From Candidatus Levyibacteriota bacterium (GTDB lineage Bacteria > Patescibacteriota > Microgenomatia > Levybacterales > UBA12049): a stretch of DNA of 64,000 nt. Made by a program: the position numbers and the translations under genes. Positions 1-9,568 of this stretch are shown one piece after another; the first letter of the stretch is position 1; each line of letters opens with the position of its first letter. The notes under the pieces are model-generated. The model worked only from the letters and a program-made list of their open reading frames with translations. It did not search any database and was not told where the DNA came from. The stretch is taken from assembly GCA_027334565.1 (NCBI GenBank), contig DAHWUP010000002.1, forward strand, positions 13,203 through 77,202. Direction: 5' to 3'.

Positions 1-139
1 AACGCTTTCCGACGTTTCCAAAGTCGAAAGAGAAAGGCATTTGGAAGGCAAAAAATTAATTATTTTGATTGCGCCGGAGAAAAAACACGGAGAAACGCAA
101 ACAGACGAGGAGACAAACAATGTCGAAGAAAAAAATTAA
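1..139 (+). CDS. infC: translation initiation factor IF-3, C-terminal fragment (runs off the window start)
   Basis: Frame from nt 2 reads TLSDVSKVERERHLEGKKLIILIAPEKK...KN*, resembling the IF-3 C-terminus; lies directly upstream of rpmI and rplT (canonical operon). Confidence 0.8.
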   Translation, partial: TLSDVSKVERERHLEGKKLIILIAPEKKHGETQTDEETNNVEEKN

Positions 140-317
140 AAAATCTGTATCAAAAAGGTTCAAGGTTACCAGAACGGGGAAGGTATTGTATAGTCATCAA
201 TATGGGAGCCATAAAAAACTTAATAAAACTAAAGCCAGATTGAGAAGGCAGAAGGAGCCGGCCGTACTTAAGGGTAAATTCGCTAAAAAGGTAAAAAAAA
301 TGCTGGGTAAGGACTAA
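120..317 (+). CDS. rpmI: 50S ribosomal protein L35
   Basis: ATG at 120: MSKKKIKKSVSKRFKVTRTGKV...HKKLNK, typical L35; overlaps the infC stop. Confidence 0.92.
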   Translation: MSKKKIKKSVSKRFKVTRTGKVLYSHQYGSHKKLNKTKARLRRQKEPAVLKGKFAKKVKKMLGKD

Positions 318-328
318 TAAGCTAAAAT

Positions 329-508
329 ATGAAAATCAGGAACATTAATTTTAGGCAATCCAAATCCGAAAGAAGCGGAGAAAGATCTTATTCTAATTTT
401 AGAAAAGAAATGGTAAGGAAATTCAAACTGGAAACCGTCAAAGAAAAATTTAATTTCAGTAAAGCTTTCGGTTTTAAAAAAGGGAATATCAACGATGGCA
501 AGAATTAA
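329..508 (+). CDS. putative 59-aa basic small protein between rpmI and rplT
   Basis: Hand translation MKIRNINFRQSKSERSGERSYSNFRKEMVRKFKLETVKEKFNFSKAFGFKKGNINDGKN*; fills the spacer and overlaps the rplT start. Confidence 0.45.
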   Translation: MKIRNINFRQSKSERSGERSYSNFRKEMVRKFKLETVKEKFNFSKAFGFKKGNINDGKN

Positions 509-839
509 ACGGGGAACCGTTTCAAGAAAAAGACATAATAAATTGGCAAGTCTCACCAAGGGATACCGCGGGACTAAAAGTAGGCTGGTCAAAAAACAGC
601 ACGAAACTATTTTGCACGCCGGGGCATATGCGTTTCATGGCAGAAAGTTGCGCAAAAGGGACATACGAGGCCTCTGGATCGTGAGAATTTCGGAAGCCTG
701 CAAAAAAGAAGGGACGTCATACAGCAAATTCATCAAAGGACTGAAAAAAGCCAACATAGAATTGGACAGAAAGATATTGGCTGATTTGGTGGTTAATGAT
801 CCCGAAACTTTCAAACAGATTGTTGCATCGGCAAAATAG
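495..839 (+). CDS. rplT: 50S ribosomal protein L20
   Basis: MARIKRG...KGYRG...RKRDIRGLWIVRI...LDRKILADL signature. Confidence 0.97.
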   Translation: MARIKRGTVSRKRHNKLASLTKGYRGTKSRLVKKQHETILHAGAYAFHGRKLRKRDIRGLWIVRISEACKKEGTSYSKFIKGLKKANIELDRKILADLVVNDPETFKQIVASAK

Positions 840-859
840 CCCCAAATTATCCTATAATA

Positions 860-887
860 TTGACATATCCGAATTTTACTATATAAT
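860..887 (+). promoter_or_regulatory. sigma70-type promoter, probably leaderless transcript
   Basis: TTGACA 860-865, 16 bp, TATAAT 882-887, 6 nt, then ATG 894. Confidence 0.75.
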
Positions 888-893
888 GCGAGC

Positions 894-1571
894 ATGGAAA
901 AAAGGGAAAGATCACCCGTTCAAGAACTGGAATTACCTCATGTTGATGCTTTGATTGTATTGGGAAGGAATTTCCAGCCGGGATTTAACAGGAAAACCTT
1001 AGCCGAGCAAAGATTTAACTTAAGCCCGGGATCAAGGATCAACGATCTTCCTGCAGGATTATTATTAAAGGCAGGGTTGACGGATACTCTGATTATTTCG
1101 ACCGGCCATACCGCCGGTACAAACGTGCGCTCGGAAGCTAAGGCCATGAAAGACCATATTCAGGGAATATTCAAAAATATACCTGACAGCTCATTTATTT
1201 TGGAGGAAACTTCAATCGACACGGAAGGCAATGCCAGGGAGGTTAAAAAAATTATCGATGCGCATCCGGAATTACAAACATTCGGCTTACTTACAGACAG
1301 CAGTCATATGGAAAGAGCTGTACGGCTTTTCAAAAAAGCCGGAATATCGGTAATACCGTTTGATGCCCTGGCAATCATGCGAAATATGCGACCAACCTTA
1401 ATAGAACATTATTTAAAATCTGAGGTTTACCGTAAAACGGAAAAACAAGAAAGAAATGCGCGAATAGTACAAACTTTACCTGTTTTACATCCTTTAACCT
1501 CAAGGGTTTTGCATCAGGTTGCTCTTCGAACCAGAAATCCTAACACTTACAATCCGTATTATAAACGCTAG
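894..1571 (+). CDS. YdcF/DUF218 family protein
   Basis: DALIVLG, ISTG, SEAKAM, EETSIDTEGNA and TDSSHMERA motifs match DUF218. Confidence 0.8.
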   Translation: MEKRERSPVQELELPHVDALIVLGRNFQPGFNRKTLAEQRFNLSPGSRINDLPAGLLLKAGLTDTLIISTGHTAGTNVRSEAKAMKDHIQGIFKNIPDSSFILEETSIDTEGNAREVKKIIDAHPELQTFGLLTDSSHMERAVRLFKKAGISVIPFDALAIMRNMRPTLIEHYLKSEVYRKTEKQERNARIVQTLPVLHPLTSRVLHQVALRTRNPNTYNPYYKR

Positions 1572-1607
1572 TTTCGGTTATACTTGTTTTTAAATCTAAA
1601 AACGCAC

Positions 1608-2060
1608 ATGAAAACGATTCTGTTTACCGATTACGGTTATAAACAATTAAAAGCCAAGCTGGATACCGAAATGAATAAAAGACCCGGCGCCGTAATAGCC
1701 CTGCAAAAAGGAAGGGATATGGGCGATTTATCGGAAAACGGTTTATATAAAGCTGCAAAAATGGAACTTAGCAATATCGATAGACAGATAAGATATCTTA
1801 AACACCTGCTTAAATACGGCAAGCCAACTGCGCCTAAAGACAATTCAACCATTCAGTTTGGGCATTTCGTTACGATCGAAGACAAAACGGGACGAAAGAC
1901 ATATCAAATAGTGGGCGAATACGAAGCCAATCCCGGTGATTATAAAATATCTTTTATATCACCCCTTGGCAAGAACCTATTGGGAAAAGGAATAGGAAAC
2001 AAAATTCATCTTAAGACCATAAGAGGCATGAACGAATATTTAATCATTAAAATCGCTTAA
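1608..2060 (+). CDS. greA: GreA/GreB family transcription elongation factor
   Basis: GDLSENGLY motif, YQIVGEYEA..ISFISPLGKNLLGK; ATG 1608 preferred over TTG 1584. Confidence 0.88.
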   Translation: MKTILFTDYGYKQLKAKLDTEMNKRPGAVIALQKGRDMGDLSENGLYKAAKMELSNIDRQIRYLKHLLKYGKPTAPKDNSTIQFGHFVTIEDKTGRKTYQIVGEYEANPGDYKISFISPLGKNLLGKGIGNKIHLKTIRGMNEYLIIKIA

Positions 2061-3220
2061 AGATCAAAGCCGAGAACTTTCAAAAATTCCCTGGTTTTGA
2101 CCGGATCGCTTTTCCCGATATTTTCATAGATCTCTTTCAGTACGGACGGTGTATCTAAATCCTCCTCGAGTAACGCCAGCAGCTTATAAGTCGGATCAAA
2201 CCGGCGTGTCTTTCCCGATCTTATCCATTGCAAAATATCTTTAAATTTTTTGTCGGCATTGTTCATTGCCTTTTCCGTATATTCCCAGTCATTTCGATAG
2301 TGGTTTGACAAAAGCATAAAACGGATCGAATTCGCGGAAAATTTTTCCTTCAAATCCGAAATCATCACCAAGTTTCCCAACGATTTGGACATCTTTTCAC
2401 CTTTGTACGAAACTTGTCCGGTATGCATCCAATACTTTGCAAAAGGAATTTTTCCTGTGGCTTTTTCCGATTGCGCTATTTCCGCTTCATGGTGTGGGTA
2501 AATAAGATCTTTTCCCCCGCCGTGAATATCAATTTGTTCGCCCAAAGAACTTACCGCCATAGCCGAACATTCGATATGCCACCCGGGTCTCCCCTTACCG
2601 AAAGGACTGCTAAAAGCAGGTATATGTTTGGGTTGATCGTCTTCTGTTTTCCTCCAAAGTGTGATGTCAAGGGGGTTGTGTTTATCCTTGTTGTCGATAT
2701 CCTCTTCAAAATCACGCGCTATTTTCAGCATGTCCTCTTCGTGTAATCCGGATAGTTTTCCGTAGTCTTTGTCCTTTTTAACGTCGAGATAAACATTTCC
2801 GTCGTAAATATAAGCCGACTTATTATCAAGAAGTTTTTCGATAAGAACGACCATCATCGGAATTTGTTCGGAAGCAAAAAGATAATGGTCGGGTTTTAAC
2901 CAATTTAGAAAGTTCATATCATTAAGGAATTTTCTTGTCCAAAAGGAGGATAAGTTTTCCCAGGAAACGTTTTGTTCTTTCGCCCGTTTTAAGATATCAT
3001 TATCCCTGTCGTTTATGTCGGTTACGTTTTGCGAGTAATCAACCCGGTAGCCTTTATACTTAAAAAATCTTATAAGTGCGTCAAATGAAATATATGTGAA
3101 GGCATGACCCAGGTGGGTCGTGTCGTATGGTGTGATACCGCAAACATAAATTGTTACGGTCTTATCTTTCAGTGTTTCAAAATACTGAATGTTTTTGGTC
3201 AAAGTATTATAAATTTTCAT
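2057..3220 (-). CDS. MshC-like cysteine ligase (CysRS paralogue without anticodon-binding domain)
   Basis: YVCGITPYDTTHLGH, GRPGWHIEC, HGGGKDLIYPHHE, KMSKS; 387 aa ending DLDTP...LGFDL as in actinobacterial MshC. Confidence 0.8.
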   Translation of the reverse strand: MKIYNTLTKNIQYFETLKDKTVTIYVCGITPYDTTHLGHAFTYISFDALIRFFKYKGYRVDYSQNVTDINDRDNDILKRAKEQNVSWENLSSFWTRKFLNDMNFLNWLKPDHYLFASEQIPMMVVLIEKLLDNKSAYIYDGNVYLDVKKDKDYGKLSGLHEEDMLKIARDFEEDIDNKDKHNPLDITLWRKTEDDQPKHIPAFSSPFGKGRPGWHIECSAMAVSSLGEQIDIHGGGKDLIYPHHEAEIAQSEKATGKIPFAKYWMHTGQVSYKGEKMSKSLGNLVMISDLKEKFSANSIRFMLLSNHYRNDWEYTEKAMNNADKKFKDILQWIRSGKTRRFDPTYKLLALLEEDLDTPSVLKEIYENIGKSDPVKTREFLKVLGFDL

Positions 3221-3272
3221 AAGAAGTAAATCATACTATATTTTAAGTGAATAGTGTATAATCCAAAAACAC

Positions 3273-3977
3273 ATGAAAACGCTTTTAATCTTTGCGCATC
3301 CCGACGATGAAACCTTTTCAAGCGGAGGGACAATAGCAAAATTAACATCTAAAGGTAATGTAGTAAATTTAATCACAGCCACCAAAGGCGAGGCAGGACA
3401 GGTTGGCGATCCACCGGTTACCGACAGGAAGCATATTGCTAAAGTACGGGAACAGGAGTTAAGAAATGCCGCCAAAATCCTGGGAATTTCAAAGATCCAT
3501 TTTTTGGGGCTAATTGACGGAACCCTACATAAAGTCAAAACCGAAGCGATAGTAAAAAAAGTTTTGCCGATTCTCAAACAGGAAAAGCCTGACGTGATTA
3601 TCACTTTCGATTCAACCGGCGCTTCAAACCATCCGGATCATATCGCAATGAGTAAAGCAGCGACCATAGCTTTCAACCGATACGCGGTTTCCGTTAAAAA
3701 ACACATCAGACTGTATCATACTGCCATTCCGCTTTCAAACCTAAAGAAACTTGAAAAAACCGGTATGTCGTACAACGCTTTCGGAAAAATGAAAGGAGTC
3801 TCGGATGAACTGATAACCACCAAATCCGACATTTCCAAACAATTTAGAAAAAAAGTTAAAGCTTTAAAGCAACACCGAACGCAGCACAAGGATTGGGAAA
3901 GATTTTTAAAAAGAGAATTTGCTGTTGATTTGAACAAAGAATATTTTACCCTAATCTCCGAGAACGAAATCGGCTAA
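3273..3977 (+). CDS. PIG-L/LmbE family de-N-acetylase (MshB/Mca/BshB-like)
   Basis: AHPDDE metal motif, ATKGEAG, REQELRNAAKILG, HPDH, HRTQ. Confidence 0.9.
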   Translation: MKTLLIFAHPDDETFSSGGTIAKLTSKGNVVNLITATKGEAGQVGDPPVTDRKHIAKVREQELRNAAKILGISKIHFLGLIDGTLHKVKTEAIVKKVLPILKQEKPDVIITFDSTGASNHPDHIAMSKAATIAFNRYAVSVKKHIRLYHTAIPLSNLKKLEKTGMSYNAFGKMKGVSDELITTKSDISKQFRKKVKALKQHRTQHKDWERFLKREFAVDLNKEYFTLISENEIG

Positions 3978-4021
3978 TTGAAACTCCCAATTTAGTCCGG
4001 TTTTTGCTATCATAATAGACA

Positions 4022-5056
4022 ATGGATGAAGAACTGATAGGAATTAAAAACACGGCCTTATCGCTCATTTTGGAATCCGAAGACCTTGAAAGTTTGGAGG
4101 AAACCAAACTACAATTTTTGGGCAGGAACGGGAAACTGACCCTGGCGTTAAAAAAAATTACCGAAGTCCCGGTCGATGAAAGAAAGGAATTCGGAATTTT
4201 GGCGAATGAAGTAAAACAAGCCATCGAAGAAGCGATACAATCACAAAGTAATAAACTAAGTAAACGCAAGCTAACCCGGGTAATTGAAAAGATAGATGTT
4301 ACAAATCCGGGTATAAAACCCGCCTTGGGTCACTTGCACCTGGTGACCCAGGCGATCGAAGAAATAACCGCCGTTTTTGCCAAGATCGGTTTTGAAAGAG
4401 TAAGGTATCCGGAAATAGAATGGGATTGGTATGCTTTTACAGCGCTAAATTTTCCTCAAAATCATCCGGCAAGAGACGAATGGGAGACATTCTTTATCGA
4501 TACCCCCCCGGATCCCGAAAAAGGCAAAATGGTTTTAACTCCGCATACTTCTTCGGGACAGATCCGTGAGATGGAGAAGAGTAAGCCACCGATAAGAATG
4601 TTAAACATCGCCAAATGTTATCGAAGACAATCGGACATCTCTCACACTCCGATGTTTCACCAATTTGAGGGCCTGGTCATAGACCAAAACATCTCCATTA
4701 CCCATCTTAAAGGCACGCTTGATTATTTTGCCAAAAGTTATTTCGGACCTAAACGCATATCAAGGATAAGGCCGTATCATTTCCAATTCACAGAACCCTC
4801 GTTTGAAGTCGATGTGACCTGCGGAGTCTGTCTTGGTAAAGGTTGTAAACTGTGTAAGGATGGATGGCTTGAAATGGGAGGCGCGGGAATGGTCCACCCG
4901 AACGTTTTGATAGCGGGAGGAATCGATCCGAAACAATATTCGGGATTCGCTTTCGGATGGGGGGTTGAACGGGTTTTAATGATGAAAGAAGGCATGCAAA
5001 TAGACGACCTAAGACTTTTATATTCTAACGATTTAAGATTTTTGAAACAATTTTAA
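4022..5056 (+). CDS. pheS: phenylalanine-tRNA ligase alpha subunit
   Basis: HPARD, HTSSGQIR, FHQFEG, FQFTEPS, GFAFGWGVER motifs. Confidence 0.97.
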   Translation: MDEELIGIKNTALSLILESEDLESLEETKLQFLGRNGKLTLALKKITEVPVDERKEFGILANEVKQAIEEAIQSQSNKLSKRKLTRVIEKIDVTNPGIKPALGHLHLVTQAIEEITAVFAKIGFERVRYPEIEWDWYAFTALNFPQNHPARDEWETFFIDTPPDPEKGKMVLTPHTSSGQIREMEKSKPPIRMLNIAKCYRRQSDISHTPMFHQFEGLVIDQNISITHLKGTLDYFAKSYFGPKRISRIRPYHFQFTEPSFEVDVTCGVCLGKGCKLCKDGWLEMGGAGMVHPNVLIAGGIDPKQYSGFAFGWGVERVLMMKEGMQIDDLRLLYSNDLRFLKQF

Positions 5057-5086
5057 AAATAAATAAACAATTAAACGCTTAAAACA

Positions 5087-7036
5087 ATGAATATCAAAAT
5101 TTTAGACAGCTGGTTAAGAGACTACCTTAAAACCGAAGCCTCGCCTCAAAAAATCGGCGAGCTGCTTTCCTTATCCAGTGTTTCGATCGAGAGAATTGAA
5201 AACTACGGTAATGACTATATTTACGATATCGAGGTAACCACCAACCGGCCAGACCTGATGAGTATCACGGGAATTGCCAGGGAAGCGGCGGCGATACTTC
5301 CCAGATTTGGTATTAAAGCTGAATTTTTACCTCCCAAAATCCCCAAAGTCTTTCCGGGGGAAAACTTATCGATAAAAATTATCAACGATCCAAAACTGGT
5401 CAACAGGGTATTGGCAGTTTCGATGGATGTAAAAATCAACCCCTCGCCCAAGATCGTGAGAGAACGCCTGGAAACAAGCGGTATCAGGAGTCTGAATAAC
5501 GTCATCGACGTCACCAATTACGTAATGCGAATCGTAGGACACCCCGCGCATGTTTTCGATCTGGACAGACTGAATTCAAAAGAGTTGATTATCCGGGAAG
5601 CAAAGAAAGAGGAACAGATAGAAACCTTGGATAACAAAATTTATTCGCTTAAGGGCGGAGAAATCGTAGCGGAGAACGATAAGGGCGAAGTCGTCGATTT
5701 ATTGGGAATCATGGGTCTTGCCAATAGCGTCGTTACCGACGAAACTCAACGCATCCTTTTTTTCATTGATAACAATGATCCTTATCGTATTCGCAAAACG
5801 TCGATGGATATGGGCATAAGAACCGAAGCGGCCACCATAAACGAAAAGGGGATCGATCCGGAAATAGCCCTTGAGGCTTTAACCCTGGGTATTTCTTTAT
5901 TTGAAAAGTATGCACAAGCAAAAAATGTCTCTCAAATAGTTGATATTTATCCCAATAAACCCGTGCAAAGGAAAATTACGGTTTCATTTGACCAAATTAG
6001 AAGAATCATCGGAGTAGATGTTGACGACAAACAGTGGACAGCCGCTCTTGGGATGATGGGTTTTATTACTAAAATCGAAAAGGGTGTATTTGAAATTTCC
6101 GTACCTTCTTTCAGACTTTCTGACATAAGAAATGAAGAAGATGTGATCGAGGAAATCGCCCGAATCTACGGTTACCATAAACTACCCAGTATTTTGCCAC
6201 CTTTAAGCCAGACCATAACCGCACGTTCTGCAATAGACCGTTTTTACTGGGAATCCAAGATAAAACAAGCAATGAAATACTGGGGTTTTACCGAATGTTA
6301 TACATATTCATTCGTTTCGGAAGAAATGTTTGACGGACCGATCGATAAAGCGTTGAAAATCGCCAATCCTTTGACCAATGACTACATCTATATGCGCAAT
6401 TCCTTGGTTCCAAGTCTTTTGCAGGTTATCAGTGACAATAAGCAGACAGAAGAAATGGCATTATTTGAAATATCCAATATTTATTTAAAAAGAGCCGGCG
6501 GTTTACCTAGGGAAAATCTTTCTTTCGCAGGTGTCTTAAAAAAGGAAAAAGCCGATTTTTTTAAATTAAAGGGGCTTATCGAACAGGTTTTAGCCGATAT
6601 CGGCGTAGAAACATTAACCTTTAAACCGTCCACAAAAGGCGGTTCGGGCGCATCGGTTTTTATCAAAAGCGAATATTTAGGCGAAATTGAATTACTCGAC
6701 ACCGACTTAGTTGATTTCGAACTTGATTTGGACCTGATATTGGAACACGCCAGCAATAAAAAAGTGTTTAAGCCGTTTGCGAAGTACCCGCCTATGGTCG
6801 AGGATTTAACACTAAACGTCAACGAAAGGATCAATACTCAGGAAATCATCGATCATGTTCTTAGACAAAGTAACCTGATCACTGCAGTTACTCTAAAGGA
6901 TACCTATAAAAATTCCAGGACTTTCCATATCATATTCCAGGATCTTGAGAAAAATTTGACCAAAAGTGACGTTACCAGGTTAAGGGGAAAAATCATTGCA
7001 TCTTTAGCCGAACGCTTTAAAGCAGACATCAAATAG
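5087..7036 (+). CDS. pheT: phenylalanine-tRNA ligase beta subunit (short form, no B2 OB-fold domain apparent)
   Basis: TTNRPDLMS, NNVIDVTNYVM, DVIEEIARIYGY, MRNSL; follows pheS. Confidence 0.95.
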   Translation: MNIKILDSWLRDYLKTEASPQKIGELLSLSSVSIERIENYGNDYIYDIEVTTNRPDLMSITGIAREAAAILPRFGIKAEFLPPKIPKVFPGENLSIKIINDPKLVNRVLAVSMDVKINPSPKIVRERLETSGIRSLNNVIDVTNYVMRIVGHPAHVFDLDRLNSKELIIREAKKEEQIETLDNKIYSLKGGEIVAENDKGEVVDLLGIMGLANSVVTDETQRILFFIDNNDPYRIRKTSMDMGIRTEAATINEKGIDPEIALEALTLGISLFEKYAQAKNVSQIVDIYPNKPVQRKITVSFDQIRRIIGVDVDDKQWTAALGMMGFITKIEKGVFEISVPSFRLSDIRNEEDVIEEIARIYGYHKLPSILPPLSQTITARSAIDRFYWESKIKQAMKYWGFTECYTYSFVSEEMFDGPIDKALKIANPLTNDYIYMRNSLVPSLLQVISDNKQTEEMALFEISNIYLKRAGGLPRENLSFAGVLKKEKADFFKLKGLIEQVLADIGVETLTFKPSTKGGSGASVFIKSEYLGEIELLDTDLVDFELDLDLILEHASNKKVFKPFAKYPPMVEDLTLNVNERINTQEIIDHVLRQSNLITAVTLKDTYKNSRTFHIIFQDLEKNLTKSDVTRLRGKIIASLAERFKADIK

Positions 7037-7037
7037 T

Positions 7038-9473
7038 TTAAGGGGTCGGCGTTGGTGTCTGGGTCGGCGTTGGTGTCTGGGTCGGCGTTGAACCTGAAGT
7101 CGGTGTCGGTGTCGGCGTGGTAGCGGATGAACTCGGATACTGGTAATCCGAGGTTTCGGTAGGCGGATAATACTCCGGATGATCGGCCGCATAGGTCTGC
7201 TTTATCCATGCGTCTATTCCATCCTGCCACCGGTTTTTGCCGTCCGTTGAAATCGGGTCATTTTCCTTAAACACGATGTAGTCTTTAACGGTATAATCTC
7301 CGTGGTCTATCTCGGCCTGATTGGCAAGTTTACCGCTTTGATGATTGGATAATTTGATTTTGGCATAAATCGGTGAAGGGGAGGTCGGCTCCGTACCTTT
7401 GATAAAGTACTCGCTTCTTGTCGGCTCTCCCGACACCGGCAGACCTCCACCATAAGCATCGATTAGCATTGCGATTACATCGTCAGGTTTTTGCGGCGGC
7501 TGGTCGGGTTTTCCCTTTAAAACAAAGCTAATGATCTTATTCCAGATGGGTGCAGCACCGGTGATTCCCGAAGCTACCTTGTTCATCGGGCTATTATCGT
7601 TATTTCCCACCCAGACGCCGACGACATATGACGGGGTATACCCGATGGTCCAGTTATCCCTGATATCGTTGGTGGTTCCGGTTTTCACGGATACGCTCGG
7701 ATGTCCGGCAACGACCAACTGGGAATATAAACCGAATTCGGCACTTCTGGCATTGTTATCAAGCAGGATATGGGAAATCAGGAAACTTACTTCCGGTGAA
7801 AATATCCGTTGCGGCTGGGGTGAATTATATTTATAGAGTACGTTACCTTTAGAATCGTCAACTTCAAGTATGCTTACCAAAGGCATTTTTTCTCCTCCGT
7901 TGGCAAATACCCCGTATGCCTCCATTTCATCGATCAACCGAACGTCCCTTCCGCCCAAAACCAGTGAATAACCGACGCTTTGCAAATTGGCCGGAGTCGG
8001 TTGCCAGTTTTCGATTCCCATGTCGTATGCGTTTTGCATGACATTCTTAATTCCCACCATCGCCAACATTTTTACCGCGGGAACGTTGATGGAATTTGCA
8101 AGAGCAAATCTTACCTGGATAGGACCCCGGTATTTGCCGTCGTAATTTACCGGTATGTAATCGGGTTCGCTGTCCGTCGCTTTAAAATTGGTCGCAACAT
8201 CCATCAAAAGGGTTGCAGCAGTGTACCCTCTGGTAAAAGCGGTAGCATACGTAATTGGCTTAAGCGACGATCCGGGCTGTCGATATGACAACGCTGCGTT
8301 GAAATTACCATCGTTCTTGGTATCAAAATAATCCTCGCTTCCCACCATTGCCAAAATTTGCCCCGTCTTAGGATCGGTAACCATTGCAGCTGCGTTGGTC
8401 AAATGAAATTCGTTTTTATCCTTGGCAACTTCGCTTTTGACGATTTGTTCCGCCTGTTGTTCGATATTATAATCTAAAGTTGTTTTAACCCGTAAGCCAC
8501 CGTTTTCAACCACCTGTTCACCGAACTGATTAATTAACTGCTGCTTAACGTAAAAAACAAAGTGTGGTGCCTTGATGCCGGTGTTGTTTTCCGAGAAAGT
8601 TGTATCCGCGATTTCTTTGTTCGCCGCATCAGCCTGCTTTTGCGTGATATATCCGTCTCTCACCATTGCGCTTAACACTTCCTGGGTTCTTTGCAGATAA
8701 TATTTGTTTCCGGAAAACGGCGAGTAGGTCGACGGGCTTTGCGGAAGACCGGCCAAAAATGCACATTGTGCCAAGTCGAGGTCTTTGACATCTTTACCAA
8801 AATAAGTCTGCGCCGCGGCCTCAACGCCAACCGCCGTCCCGCCATAAGGCACGTCATTTAGGTACATTTCGAGGATCTGGTCCTTCGAATATTTCCTGTC
8901 CACCTGGATCGATAAGATCAGTTCCTTTATTTTCCTCGGCAATGTCTGTTCGGACGTTAAAAGCACATTTTTTACCAGCTGCTGAGTCAATGTCGATCCT
9001 CCGGAAACTCCCCTAAGAAGGATAATATCGCGTATGGCTCTTAAATATCCGGTGATAGAAAATCCGCTGTTTTGATAAAAGGTTCTGTCCTCAATGGAGA
9101 TCGTCCCCTGTTGCAAGTACTTAGGTATATTATTTATAGTTACGTAAGAACGGTTCTGGTTTTGATAAACCGAATAAAGCAAAACACCGTTCCTGTCGTA
9201 GATACCGCTTGATTGGCTGGATTGCGCGGCAATTAACTTACCCGGGGCAGGCAAGTCCCTTCCGTACCAGACAAACAAAACTACGGTAAGTAAAATAATT
9301 CCGATCAAACCGAAAAAAGCCAGTTTTGCCAGCCTTTGGTATAAAACCAGTTTGGGTGTGCGGCTAAGATTACGATTAAGATTGCGGAAAGGATTATACC
9401 TTTTTGGAATGCTGGGAAGACTTAGGATGAAGTACTTACTCCTCCTTCGTGAAGTTCTGGCGTAATCGAGCAT
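7038..9473 (-). CDS. class A penicillin-binding protein (transglycosylase/transpeptidase) with Pro/Thr tail
   Basis: N-terminal TM, EDRTFY, GGSTLTQQLVKN, RKIKE, SSLK (SxxK), SIN, KTGT; start 9473 or 9482. Confidence 0.93.
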   Translation of the reverse strand: MLDYARTSRRRSKYFILSLPSIPKRYNPFRNLNRNLSRTPKLVLYQRLAKLAFFGLIGIILLTVVLFVWYGRDLPAPGKLIAAQSSQSSGIYDRNGVLLYSVYQNQNRSYVTINNIPKYLQQGTISIEDRTFYQNSGFSITGYLRAIRDIILLRGVSGGSTLTQQLVKNVLLTSEQTLPRKIKELILSIQVDRKYSKDQILEMYLNDVPYGGTAVGVEAAAQTYFGKDVKDLDLAQCAFLAGLPQSPSTYSPFSGNKYYLQRTQEVLSAMVRDGYITQKQADAANKEIADTTFSENNTGIKAPHFVFYVKQQLINQFGEQVVENGGLRVKTTLDYNIEQQAEQIVKSEVAKDKNEFHLTNAAAMVTDPKTGQILAMVGSEDYFDTKNDGNFNAALSYRQPGSSLKPITYATAFTRGYTAATLLMDVATNFKATDSEPDYIPVNYDGKYRGPIQVRFALANSINVPAVKMLAMVGIKNVMQNAYDMGIENWQPTPANLQSVGYSLVLGGRDVRLIDEMEAYGVFANGGEKMPLVSILEVDDSKGNVLYKYNSPQPQRIFSPEVSFLISHILLDNNARSAEFGLYSQLVVAGHPSVSVKTGTTNDIRDNWTIGYTPSYVVGVWVGNNDNSPMNKVASGITGAAPIWNKIISFVLKGKPDQPPQKPDDVIAMLIDAYGGGLPVSGEPTRSEYFIKGTEPTSPSPIYAKIKLSNHQSGKLANQAEIDHGDYTVKDYIVFKENDPISTDGKNRWQDGIDAWIKQTYAADHPEYYPPTETSDYQYPSSSATTPTPTPTSGSTPTQTPTPTQTPTPTP
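7043..7090 (+). repeat. 18-bp tandem repeat (2.7 copies) encoding the TPTQTP tail of the PBP
   Basis: GGGTCGGCGTTGGTGTCT at 7043-7060 and 7061-7078, partial copy 7079-7090. Confidence 0.9.
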
Positions 9474-9568
9474 AAACAACAAGTATTACCAATTTTACGC
9501 TTAATTAAAAAATATATCAACCGCTAAGACCTTGGTTCCCAATCTTTGTGTATGCTATACTTAAAAAT

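Noticed and set aside
7043-7120. CRISPR-like or regulatory repeat
   Set aside because: Spacerless in-frame repeat encoding the PBP Pro/Thr tail.
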